Shown: positions 1-8,426 of the stretch, one piece after another
How the letters are laid out: the number at the start of each line of letters is the position of its first letter
Numbering within the stretch: the stretch's first letter is position 1
Assembly: GCA_050014495.1 (NCBI GenBank)
Contig: JBEKDF010000031.1
Span: forward strand, 1-33,167
From: Candidatus Bathyarchaeia archaeon
Lineage (GTDB): Archaea; Thermoproteota; Bathyarchaeia; TCS64
Direction of reading: 5' to 3'
DNA length: 33,167 nucleotides
The notes under the pieces: model-generated
Database searches by the model: none
Told to the model about the DNA's origin: nothing
What the model saw: only the letters and a program-made list of their open reading frames with translations
Position numbers and translations under genes: made by a program

Positions 1-151
1 GTTTCCATAGAAGTATGCGTATCCAGTCTAGGTCGAGTGAGTCAAGCACACGCTCAACGTTCAACCTACACTCAAGGAAGAGTTATGCGATGTATTATTT
101 AATTTCTAAACAGCCTTGCGCGTGCAACTCGAAGGAAACACTTCTAAAGTG

Positions 152-1102
152 TCATGGCAGAGGTAGAGTTCCAGCGACCCTGAGCCTTCCGCCATCAATA
201 TAGTTGATGACAGCTCTTGCCCCTTGAGGGTGTACGATTGGTCTCTCCAGAGAAAGGGTCATCTTCAGTTTCTTGTCCCCCTTATCCTCGACGGTGTCTA
301 TGCGTGCTAGATTGAATTGTAACCAGTGGCCGAGGTGAAGGGTACTCCCATTATGAAGCTGGACCTGAAAATAGGGTATGATTTCTGCTTGTGCCTCAAT
401 CTTAGTCGTCTGCTTGAGGTTCTCTCCAGTCAGCACTGTTCCTCTGTCTAGGTCTGTAGCCTCAACCCCTTTTAAGGCGAGACCTACGTGGTCCCCGACC
501 CCCGCGGTGTCAAAATCCTCGTCATGCTTCTGAATGCTGCGTACCTCGGCGATTTTGTCCCCAGGTAGGACGTAAAGCTCGTCGTGCTTCTTCATAGTAC
601 CAGACTTAACGGTTGCTAGGGCGACGGTACCTATTCCGCGAACGTTGAAGGCGGTGTCTATTGTCAAAGTCGAGGGTCCTGTCTGCTCTACCCGCGGCCT
701 CTCTGCAAAAGTCAGGAGTCTGTCCCGCAGCTTCATTGGGTCGTCCTCTATAACCTCATACCCAGCGAGAACAGTCCCCTGTCTGAACATCTGGAGCTGG
801 TCATCGGTGATATAATTTCTCAGGACTATCGTGCCCTCTTTGATACCACATGCATTGATCATGAGTAGGCTCTCCCCGAAATACTGGTCAAGCTTCTCAG
901 CAACGAGGACCGAGTGTTCGCTGAAGGCAGCTGTGTAGTATAGGCTCTGGATCTTCTCGGGGTATCTGCTTGGCTCGACCATTGTAATCGTAGTCTCCCC
1001 TTTCTTAAGATCGTAGAAGGTGACGTCGGTCTCGCCACTCTTCTTCCCGAGTTGCTTCGAGTATCCTTGAGAGCCTATTATGGAGGCATTGAGGTTTGGC
1101 AC
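152..1102 (-). CDS. Archaeal SelB-like translation factor (aSelBL; EF-Tu domains II/III, degenerate G domain)
   Basis: Domain II motifs IDTAFNVRGIGTV, VRSIQKHD and GDHVGLALKG..DLDRG. The N-terminus LGKKSGETDVTFY has no intact P-loop. Start moved to GTG at 1102 (MPNLNASIIG), about 25 nt downstream of a TATA-like ATATAAA. Confidence 0.8.
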   Translation of the reverse strand: MPNLNASIIGSQGYSKQLGKKSGETDVTFYDLKKGETTITMVEPSRYPEKIQSLYYTAAFSEHSVLVAEKLDQYFGESLLMINACGIKEGTIVLRNYITDDQLQMFRQGTVLAGYEVIEDDPMKLRDRLLTFAERPRVEQTGPSTLTIDTAFNVRGIGTVALATVKSGTMKKHDELYVLPGDKIAEVRSIQKHDEDFDTAGVGDHVGLALKGVEATDLDRGTVLTGENLKQTTKIEAQAEIIPYFQVQLHNGSTLHLGHWLQFNLARIDTVEDKGDKKLKMTLSLERPIVHPQGARAVINYIDGGRLRVAGTLPLP

Positions 1103-1126
1103 AGGGGCTGAGGAGATGCGAGGCGG

Positions 1127-1158
1127 TTTATATGGGTTGAGATGGGCTAGGCTTAAAT
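1127..1158. promoter_or_regulatory. Back-to-back archaeal TATA boxes for the divergent aSelBL and small Zn-binding protein genes
   Basis: ATATAAA on the minus strand (1127-1133) lies 25 nt before GTG 1102. CTTAAAT on the plus strand (1152-1158) lies about 30 nt before TTG 1188. Confidence 0.55.
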
Positions 1159-1187
1159 CGCATCTCCCAGGGTATCTCTTGATAACA

Positions 1188-1391
1188 TTGGGAAGGATTG
1201 ATAAGGGCCAGAAGTGCACAGTCAGGAACTGTAGTAAAGATGCAGTACGCTCGGTTAATGTCGCCAAAGCAAAGTTGGCTGGACTCGACGTGCAGGGTAA
1301 AACCGCCTACGTCTGTGAGGAACACTACAAGCAATTCAAGAAAGGAAATAAGAAGACAGACCAGATTGAGCGTTGGCGGCATGGTATTTAG
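1188..1391 (+). CDS. Small basic Zn-binding protein (CxxxxC...CxxH), 67 aa
   Basis: [22 protein letters not shown]...[13 protein letters not shown] from TTG 1188, with an upstream TATA. Its stop overlaps the thrS stop by 4 bp. Confidence 0.7.
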   Translation: MGRIDKGQKCTVRNCSKDAVRSVNVAKAKLAGLDVQGKTAYVCEEHYKQFKKGNKKTDQIERWRHGI

Positions 1392-2845
1392 CCACTAAAC
1401 TTGGGGCGCTGCTGTAGGTACTTCGGCACCGGCAGAGGCCTCCAGGGTTTGTCGCCAACGGCGTCTTTCACCTCCTTAGCGAGTTCGTCTGGAGAATACT
1501 CCACAAGTTTCCCGGTATCCCTGATGCGCACTGGGAGCTTCTCTTTCCCAGTCTCCTTTTCGCCTATGACGATTGTGTAGGGTATCCACTCCTTCTCGGA
1601 GTCTCTGATCTTCTTCCCTACACTTTCATCGCGGTTGTCCACGTCTACTCTCACTTTTGCTAACTCGATTTCAGTGGCAGCCTTGTCTGCTGCACCGAGA
1701 TAGTCTTGGCTGACGGGGATGACTCGAACCTGAGTGGGAGCGAGCCAAAGTGGAAGAGTTGGGCGTTTCCCTAGCTTCATGTCGAAGGCAGCCTTCTCTA
1801 GGAGGGCGTAGATGTCTCTTTCTATTGCTCCTGAGGGGCTGCAGTGAAGGATGAGGGGGTGCTTCGTTGTGCCGTCCTCTTCCATGAACTTAATGTCGTA
1901 CCTCTCACCGTTCTCCACATCTATTTGGTCAGTGCTCAAAGCGGAAGCCTTGTCGAGGTTGTCGACGAAGTTTCTCTCCCACTTCAGTATAAAGTAGAAG
2001 ATGCGCTCCTTCCACATCTCCACTAGGGCTGGTTTCCCATGGGTCCTGACTAAATTGACGACGAAGTCCTTATTGTTCGCCCAGAACTCCTCGGTTAGGC
2101 GGACACCCAGCTCGTAATCCGCGTTATGGATGCCTATGCCTTCGAGGACGTCAGCGCTCATCTTGAAGCGTACCATGAACTCCTCCTTCGCCTGATCGAG
2201 GTCGCGGCACATAGCATGGACGTCGGGCATGGTGAAGCTTCGGAGCCTGCGTAACCCGGTGAGCTCCCCCTTCTGCTCTCTTCGGAAGCTGTAGCGGGTG
2301 AGCTCGTAAATCTTGAAGGGGAGGTTTTTGTAGCTAATAGTAGCATCGTGGGCCATCAGGAATTGGCCGAAGCAGGCGGCGAAGCGTAGGAAGTATCGGT
2401 CATTATCGCTCTCGATAGTGTATTGGCGGGCGGGGAATCGATTAAGGTAATTAGCGAGCGTTGGATGCTCAAGATTGTACATTATCGGGGTCTCAACTTC
2501 CATGCCACCGTATTTGGCTACCTGGCTAGATACATACTCCTCAAGCAGCGCCTTGATCATTCTCCCCTTGGGATAGTAGCGCATGTTACCAGGGTCGCTC
2601 GCGGGCTCGTAATCGACTAACTCGAGGGCCTTCATCATTGTGACGTGGGGAGGCTCCTGGTGTACCGTCCTGTCCTTGTCGACCTCGTAGCCCGCGAACT
2701 TGCGCAGGTTGTCTCGACCTTTGAAGTCGAACTCGTCGATCTTATGTAGTTCACCCTCGGTGTCGAGGATGTACCATTGTGACCGTAGCTTCTCCTCCGC
2801 CTTTAGGGCGGCGGAGACCACCTCTTCCTTATTCTTTTCAGCCAT
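1388..2845 (-). CDS. thrS: Threonine--tRNA ligase, archaeal type, catalytic and anticodon-binding domains only
   Basis: [62 protein letters not shown] and [10 protein letters not shown]. At 485 aa it lacks the ~140-aa N-terminal editing domain. Confidence 0.95.
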   Translation of the reverse strand: MAEKNKEEVVSAALKAEEKLRSQWYILDTEGELHKIDEFDFKGRDNLRKFAGYEVDKDRTVHQEPPHVTMMKALELVDYEPASDPGNMRYYPKGRMIKALLEEYVSSQVAKYGGMEVETPIMYNLEHPTLANYLNRFPARQYTIESDNDRYFLRFAACFGQFLMAHDATISYKNLPFKIYELTRYSFRREQKGELTGLRRLRSFTMPDVHAMCRDLDQAKEEFMVRFKMSADVLEGIGIHNADYELGVRLTEEFWANNKDFVVNLVRTHGKPALVEMWKERIFYFILKWERNFVDNLDKASALSTDQIDVENGERYDIKFMEEDGTTKHPLILHCSPSGAIERDIYALLEKAAFDMKLGKRPTLPLWLAPTQVRVIPVSQDYLGAADKAATEIELAKVRVDVDNRDESVGKKIRDSEKEWIPYTIVIGEKETGKEKLPVRIRDTGKLVEYSPDELAKEVKDAVGDKPWRPLPVPKYLQQRPKFSG

Positions 2846-2851
2846 TGTTTT

Positions 2852-2992
2852 TTACTTCCTTGTAGAGTAGGTGAAGGCCTCTATCCTTTCGCCCTGGTTT
2901 TCTACTGAGAATTATAGGGGAGTAATTGGGTGAGCTTTGGGCCTCTCGGCCTAGGCTGTTTGGTGGGCGTTCACCGCGCTCTCCTCTGACAT
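2852..2992 (-). other. thrS upstream leader region with a short uORF (MSEESAVNAHQTA*) and nested stem-loops
   Basis: ATG at 2992 and TAG at 2953-2951. Inverted repeats at 2916-2923/2978-2985 and 2929-2935/2969-2975, plus GGCC-GAGA-GGCC at 2940-2951. Confidence 0.4.
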
Positions 2993-3011
2993 TCAACGAT
3001 GAGGAGGTGTG

Positions 3012-3023
3012 TTTTTAACCTTT
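3012..3023 (-). promoter_or_regulatory. BRE/TATA promoter (AAAGGTTAAAAA) for the thrS leader
   Basis: The same GGTTAAAA core lies upstream of purA (20545-20555) and mat (28472-28480). It sits about 25 nt before ATG 2992. Confidence 0.5.
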
Positions 3024-3698
3024 ATGTGCTTTGGGGATGAGATGGGCTCCTTGGATAAGGAAGGAGCCGCTGGTGCCCTCCCATACGACTTCGGACTTGT
3101 CGATCTCAAGTCTTTTCCGGAACCAGGGGGCGTCGATGACTAGACTTTCGTACTCGCCTCCTTCCCCACAGACATTGATGCCGTAGCGCTCACTTAGTTT
3201 CGTCAGCTCTTCGGCCGCTTTCATGTCAATATGCCTCCCGAGCCATTGCCTATCGAGGCCATTGGCTGCGACCTGTACCATAAGGATCTCCATGCCCGAT
3301 TTAATTTCAGCCTCGAGAAGCACGTGAGGCTCCTTACCCCACAGTGGGGAGAGATGGGTGATTCCCAGATCGGCACATATTTGGTTTACTCTTTCGCGCT
3401 GATACTTGGATGCTATTGCCCCAGAGACTACTCCCCTTACGTTGAGAAGTTCTATTAAGTGTCTTAGTTCTTCTACTTCCTTCTCTTTCTCTCCGCTGCT
3501 CGGAGCGGAGGCGAGGGGTTTACCCTGCGCCTCAGCGATGAGTGGTGTGAGGTGGATGTTTACACCGTGGAACATGTAGCTGTCCCCGCGGATAGGGCGC
3601 ATACAAGCGAATATTGAGACCTCGTGTCCACCCATCTCAGTAAGGTGGGCCGCGTAGGTACTATCTTTACCACCCGAAAATAAGGCAGCTAGCCTCAT
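3015..3698 (-). CDS. Diphthine--ammonia ligase family (PP-loop ATP pyrophosphatase, Dph6)
   Basis: From ATG 3698: MRLAALFSGGKDS, SYMFH, GAIASKYQ, PLWG and GEGGEYESLV. Confidence 0.88.
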   Translation of the reverse strand: MRLAALFSGGKDSTYAAHLTEMGGHEVSIFACMRPIRGDSYMFHGVNIHLTPLIAEAQGKPLASAPSSGEKEKEVEELRHLIELLNVRGVVSGAIASKYQRERVNQICADLGITHLSPLWGKEPHVLLEAEIKSGMEILMVQVAANGLDRQWLGRHIDMKAAEELTKLSERYGINVCGEGGEYESLVIDAPWFRKRLEIDKSEVVWEGTSGSFLIQGAHLIPKAHKG

Positions 3699-3766
3699 AG
3701 GAGATAAAAATCGTTGGGAATTAATTAGATGTTTGGGAGTCATCGTGTATTTGATCAGTGAGATTT

Positions 3767-5077
3767 CTAGTAGGATTCCTTCTTGTTGGCATCGTACTTT
3801 TGGTATTCTTTGTTGTCTATGACGGCCTTGAGGTGTTGTATGACCTCCCAAACCTCCTGGTAAGTGGTGTAGAGTGGAATTGGGCTGAGACGTATGGTTT
3901 TCGGTGGACGGAAGTCTGGTGGAACTCCACGGTCTGTAAGTGCTTCACATATCCTCCGAGCCTCATCATGCTCGACAGCGACATGGCCTCCCCGCCTCTC
4001 AGCCTCTCGAGGGTTCCCTATACTGTAGTTGTAGGGTTTCTTGCTGAGGAGCTCGTCGACTAGGTACATCATATAGCCAGTGGCTTTGAGGCTCTTCTCC
4101 CGTATCCTGTCGAGTCCAGCTTCGACTATCATCTTACTACTAGCGTAGACGGGAGATACACCAAAGCCTATACTTAGGTTGCTACCGAGGTGCCATGAGG
4201 CTGCGTTGCCAGTGGGCGTCCACTCCGCCTTAAAATCGAACCTGTTGCCAGGACTGTTCCCCCACCAAGTTGGTAGGCCAGGTGTCTCCTTGAAGTGACT
4301 CTTGTGGACATAGAGGCCGGCGATACCCCCAGTACTCCCATTCATGTATTTGTAGTTGCACCAGAGGGCATAGTCGACCCCCCACTCGTGGAACTTGTGA
4401 GGAATTACTCCAACACTGTGGCAGCAGTCGTACCCAATGATGACACCATGATCGTGGGCTGCTTTCGTGAGGCGCTTTATGTCGAGGAGTTGGCCGCTCA
4501 CGAAATAGACGCTGGGGAGGTGGCAGACGCTGACCTCGTCACTCATCGCGCCAATTATGTCCTCCTCCGCGATTGTTCTGCCGTCTCTACTCTTGACGAC
4601 GATGAGGTCCTTCTCGGGGTCTCTGCCTTTGAGGCGTACCTGCCCCGCAAGGGCGTAGAGATCGCTGCTGAAGTTTAACTCATCCCCGATGATCTTCGTT
4701 CTCTTCCCCTTGGGCTTGTAGAAGGTTGAGACAAGGGCGTGAAGGTTTATCGAGGCACCACCAGTAACGATGACCTCGTCTGTCTCCGCACCGACAAGCT
4801 TTGCCTGATACTCTGCAGCCTTCCTATCGATACCGCTGCGGCGAGTCGAAAGATCCTTCCACCTCTCGAACTCGGCTTTCATCTCCTTCTCGACGTCCTT
4901 AGAGGCGAGACCTAGACTGTTTCCGTCCATGTAGATTATGGGTTTGACTGACTTGGTCTTTCCATCCATGTTTAGGGTCTCCCTCTCGGGGATGTAGAAC
5001 CTCTTCTTATACGAGGCGAGGGGGTCCTCCCTGTCGAGCTTCTTGGCAAATTCGATTCCAGTCTTGTACTCCAACAT
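3767..5077 (-). CDS. kynU: Kynureninase-like PLP-dependent enzyme (divergent)
   Basis: LDREDPL, YMDGNSLGL, DCCHSVG, WCNYKYMN (PLP lysine), WWG, RRGGHV and DFRPPKTIRLSPIPLYT. Confidence 0.8.
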   Translation of the reverse strand: MLEYKTGIEFAKKLDREDPLASYKKRFYIPERETLNMDGKTKSVKPIIYMDGNSLGLASKDVEKEMKAEFERWKDLSTRRSGIDRKAAEYQAKLVGAETDEVIVTGGASINLHALVSTFYKPKGKRTKIIGDELNFSSDLYALAGQVRLKGRDPEKDLIVVKSRDGRTIAEEDIIGAMSDEVSVCHLPSVYFVSGQLLDIKRLTKAAHDHGVIIGYDCCHSVGVIPHKFHEWGVDYALWCNYKYMNGSTGGIAGLYVHKSHFKETPGLPTWWGNSPGNRFDFKAEWTPTGNAASWHLGSNLSIGFGVSPVYASSKMIVEAGLDRIREKSLKATGYMMYLVDELLSKKPYNYSIGNPREAERRGGHVAVEHDEARRICEALTDRGVPPDFRPPKTIRLSPIPLYTTYQEVWEVIQHLKAVIDNKEYQKYDANKKESY

Positions 5078-5178
5078 TGATCACATCAATACAACTGCAT
5101 CGGGAAATTATAATTTGGGGTGAGATGTCTTGGTTATATAGGGCAGCTGTTCAGAACGGATAACTTGGTGTAAGGAAT

Positions 5179-5791
5179 TTGGGCTGGGACGAACTCGCCA
5201 ATAATGTTTCGGTCGCGAAGACAATGGATTCGTTGAAATCTAGAAACATAAGTGTTGAGCTACTCAAGGACAGGAGGGAAGCCCTAAGGAGGGTCACCGA
5301 GCTCCTCCCAATGGGAACGGAGATTATGATTGGCAACTCCAACACACTCAGCGAGATAGGATTACTGGACCTCATCAAGACGGGGACGGAGGGTTGGAGA
5401 AACCTGAAGGACACAATGATTGGCATCGCCGACTTCATGAAGAGGTATGAACTCAGGGTTAACTTCTCTAGACCCTTACTATCTTGGTAGCGTTCACGCC
5501 GTAGCTGAGACTGGGGAGGTAGTGGTAGCAAGTTACACTGGGAGTCAGCTCCTGAGCTACGTCTATAGTTCCCCAAACGTCATCTGGGTCGTTGGCATAC
5601 AGAAAATTGTTCCCACACTCGAATTGGCGATAAAGAGAGTATGGGAGTATTGCCTTCCCCTTGAAGATAAGCACATTAAGGCAATGGGCCAGTTGGGTAG
5701 TAATGTCGGAAAGCTCCTAATCTTTGAGAGAGAGGTCAGCCCCCTTAGAAAAATAAGGATGCTTCTAGTAGAGGAAAAATTAGGTAATTAA
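5179..5791 (+). pseudogene. LUD (lactate utilization) domain protein interrupted by a frameshift near 5460-5478
   Basis: ORF 5179-5490 (GNSNTLSEIG) continues in the +1 frame as YYLGSVHAVAETGEVVVASYTGSQL..VIWVVGIQKIVP..EEKLG. Together the two halves form one LUD domain. Confidence 0.8.
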
Positions 5792-5823
5792 TTAGTATCA
5801 TGCGCGCGCGCAGTTGGTTAAGA

Positions 5824-6720
5824 TCAAATTGGGCTAGGAGAAGGCTCTACACCGAAGAACCTTGAGTATATGAGATAATAATTCGCAAGACCCGCATAAG
5901 CGCCAAATCTATTTAGTATCTTCTCCACCTCAATCCTGGTGGCTCTAACCCCACCCTTATAATAGAGTCCAACGGAATCCTGGGTTCCTAGATCGTCATA
6001 AGGAACCATCTCTGTCCTACCAAGGCCCCGTACAAGAACATAATCACTCGTCCACTCGCCAACGCCTCGGATGGATTGAAGCTCCTCCCTTACCTCGGCG
6101 GTAGGCCTATCTTTTAATGACTCGAGATCCAGATTTCCAGAGTTAACCCTTTTCGACAAGCCCGTTATGAAGTCAGCCTTATTTCGGCTTAGACCGAGGG
6201 CCCGCAAATCCTCGGGATCGGCAGAGGCGAGCGTAGCTGGTGCTGGGAAAGAGTAAAAGGTTAGTTCGCCATAGCGGAAGGCTTCCCCATATCTCTCGAC
6301 TATCCTTTTCTGGAAAGTCATAGCGACGCGTAAACTGATCTGCTGTTCCGTAAACGAGATGATTAGGGTCTCGTAGACAGTGGAGGCCCTTGGAGGCTTT
6401 AGTCCATAAAGCCGCTGGATAATAGGCTTCATTATATCGTCAGACTCTGCATAGAATGGCTTGAGGTCGAGGTCAGAGGATATGATCCATGAAGCATTTG
6501 ACTCGAGCTGAACTCGGGTGCAGGAGCCAAATAGCCTAGCCCTCAGCACCCCCCTCTCCGAACTTATGGTAATGAGGCTAGGCTTCCCGTTCAGTTCCAA
6601 GCACTTGTAAAGGGTGCTGCCCAAGTAGGTGATATGAGTATAAGCCTCACTGCGTGTATAGATGCCACAGCTGAGGTCAAAGTTGAATGGTGGGATAGGG
6701 TGGAGGGAAACCGTCGCCAT
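5824..6720 (-). CDS. alkA: DNA-3-methyladenine glycosylase (AlkA / HhH-GPD family)
   Basis: EQQISL, FPAPATL, LGLSRNKA and the HhH motif LQSIRGVGEWTSDY..VPYDDLG. Confidence 0.85.
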   Translation of the reverse strand: MATVSLHPIPPFNFDLSCGIYTRSEAYTHITYLGSTLYKCLELNGKPSLITISSERGVLRARLFGSCTRVQLESNASWIISSDLDLKPFYAESDDIMKPIIQRLYGLKPPRASTVYETLIISFTEQQISLRVAMTFQKRIVERYGEAFRYGELTFYSFPAPATLASADPEDLRALGLSRNKADFITGLSKRVNSGNLDLESLKDRPTAEVREELQSIRGVGEWTSDYVLVRGLGRTEMVPYDDLGTQDSVGLYYKGGVRATRIEVEKILNRFGAYAGLANYYLIYSRFFGVEPSPSPI

Positions 6721-6747
6721 CGGCTTCTCCCACGTCTTATAAACCTC

Positions 6748-8352
6748 CTACCAGCCTAATGCCTGCCCGTCTGAGCGGGGGTCGCTCCCAGCGGTTAAAG
6801 CACCGGTCTTGGAGTCTCTGAGAATTATTTGTCCCTTGCCGAAACTTACACGGTTGTGACCAGCAATCGGGATTACCTCATGGCCCATCCTGGCAAGGAC
6901 AGCCATTGTATCGATGGATATCCCTTCCTCAAGACTGACCTTCCCCCCTGCAATACCTTCTTGGATACAGAAGCGTGGCGCGTTGAGAGCCTCTTGCGGG
7001 TCCATACCGTAATCAATCATATTCGTTATGACCTGTAGGTGGCCCTGGGGCTGCATGAATCCTCCCATGACCCCGAAGGGACCAAATAGCTCCCCATTCT
7101 TGGTCATCATCCCAGGGATGATGGTGTGATAGGGTCTCTTACCAGGTGAAAGGACATTGGGGTGGCCCTTCTCGAGGGTGAAACCAGCGCCTCTGTTCTG
7201 GAGGGTAAATCCACAGCCTCTTGGGACGAGGCCAGTGCCGAAGCCCGAGTAGTTACTGTTTATGAAGCTACAGGCATTTCCCCACCTGTCGACCGTGCAG
7301 AAATAGACTGTGTCACTCCCAGCAGACGGGGAGCCATGCACCCTATCCAGAGTAGCCTTTAGAGGATTGATATGCTCCCGTCTCTTGGCAGCATAGTCTT
7401 TGGAAATGAGTTCCTTCACCGGGATTTTTGTAAATGAGGAATCTGCAACGTACCAACGAGTGTCAGCGAAAGCGGTCCTTATCGCCTCTATAAGGAGGTG
7501 CAGTCTCTGAGGGGAGTCGTAGTGAAGCTTTGATAGGTTATATCCCTCGACTATATTCAGGGCTATTAGAGCTGTAATCCCCTGCCCATTTGGAGGTATC
7601 TCCCAGACATCGACGCCACGGTAGTTGACCGTTATGGGTTCATCGAAGGTAGTAATGTGCCTCTTGAGGTCATCGAGGGTCATTGTACCCCCTTTAAGGT
7701 GGATAAGTTCGACTATTGCCTCGGCGATTCTCCCTTCGTAGAAGCCAGTTTTCCCATGTTCCGCGACCTCGCGCATACTGTAGGCAAGGGTAGGGTTCTT
7801 CATTACCTCGCCAGCGCCGGGGGCTCTACCATTTATAAGCATCTCGTCTCCGTATGGCCCTGACCTTAGGATTGGGGCACCACTAGCCCAAGCTCGGGCT
7901 GTGAGCGGAGAGACGGGAAATCCATCCTCTGCAAGCTCTATGGCAGGGGTAAGAACATCACCAATAGTGAAGGTACCGAACTTTTCGATTGTGTCCACCC
8001 AGCCAGCGACAGCACCTGGGACAGTGATTGTGTTAACGCCATTCGATGGCATCTTCGTCAACCCCTCCGAGAAGAGCTTCTCTGGTGTGAGACCAATAGG
8101 GGCCCTGCCACTCCCATTGAGGCCAAGAACGCGTCCTTCCTTGGCGTCATAGAAAAGTGCGAAGCAGTCGCCACCCATTCCTGTGCTGCACGGCTCCGTG
8201 ACATTTAGTGCAGCGGCGACGGCGACAGCTGCATCCGCCGCATTACCACCCCTCTGAAGTATTCTCATACCGGCTTCACTAGCGAGAGGCTGGCTCGTTG
8301 CGACCGCGCCCCGTGTCCCGTAGACCGGGGAGCGACGCGAGTTAAACCACAT
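6748..8352 (-). CDS. ggt: Gamma-glutamyltransferase family protein
   Basis: ATSQPLA, GGNAADAAVA, GMGGDCF, catalytic Thr in SDTVYF, PGKRPYHTIIP, GVMGGFMQPQGH and SDPRSDG. Start refined to ATG 8352. Confidence 0.92.
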   Translation of the reverse strand: MWFNSRRSPVYGTRGAVATSQPLASEAGMRILQRGGNAADAAVAVAAALNVTEPCSTGMGGDCFALFYDAKEGRVLGLNGSGRAPIGLTPEKLFSEGLTKMPSNGVNTITVPGAVAGWVDTIEKFGTFTIGDVLTPAIELAEDGFPVSPLTARAWASGAPILRSGPYGDEMLINGRAPGAGEVMKNPTLAYSMREVAEHGKTGFYEGRIAEAIVELIHLKGGTMTLDDLKRHITTFDEPITVNYRGVDVWEIPPNGQGITALIALNIVEGYNLSKLHYDSPQRLHLLIEAIRTAFADTRWYVADSSFTKIPVKELISKDYAAKRREHINPLKATLDRVHGSPSAGSDTVYFCTVDRWGNACSFINSNYSGFGTGLVPRGCGFTLQNRGAGFTLEKGHPNVLSPGKRPYHTIIPGMMTKNGELFGPFGVMGGFMQPQGHLQVITNMIDYGMDPQEALNAPRFCIQEGIAGGKVSLEEGISIDTMAVLARMGHEVIPIAGHNRVSFGKGQIILRDSKTGALTAGSDPRSDGQALGW

Positions 8353-8426
8353 AGGCGCACCATTATCCCCCAAAGGAAAAAGGTTAACGACCCGACGAGT
8401 CAAATACGACTTGTAAGGTGGGTAGG

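Noticed and set aside
1..151. ORF 15-203 and stop-interrupted frames at the window start
   Set aside because: No recognisable motif, and the ORF overlaps the aSelBL 3' end. It may be a gene remnant but I cannot support that.
1103..1267. N-terminal extension of the aSelBL ORF to 1267, and the extension of the plus-strand ORF from 1080
   Set aside because: The two extensions overlap each other and the TATA boxes; conserved-looking sequence starts at 1102 and 1188.
2924..2979. T-box-like words (AATTGGGTG, GGTGG..ACCGCG) near thrS
   Set aside because: They are on the wrong strand for thrS, the spacing does not fit the T-box bulge, and there is no terminator.
3758..4063. 101-aa hydrophobic plus-strand ORF
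   Set aside because: Antisense shadow of the well-supported kynU-like gene.
5105..5116. AAATTATAATTT palindrome between kynU and LUD
   Set aside because: Most simply the AT-rich TATA box itself.
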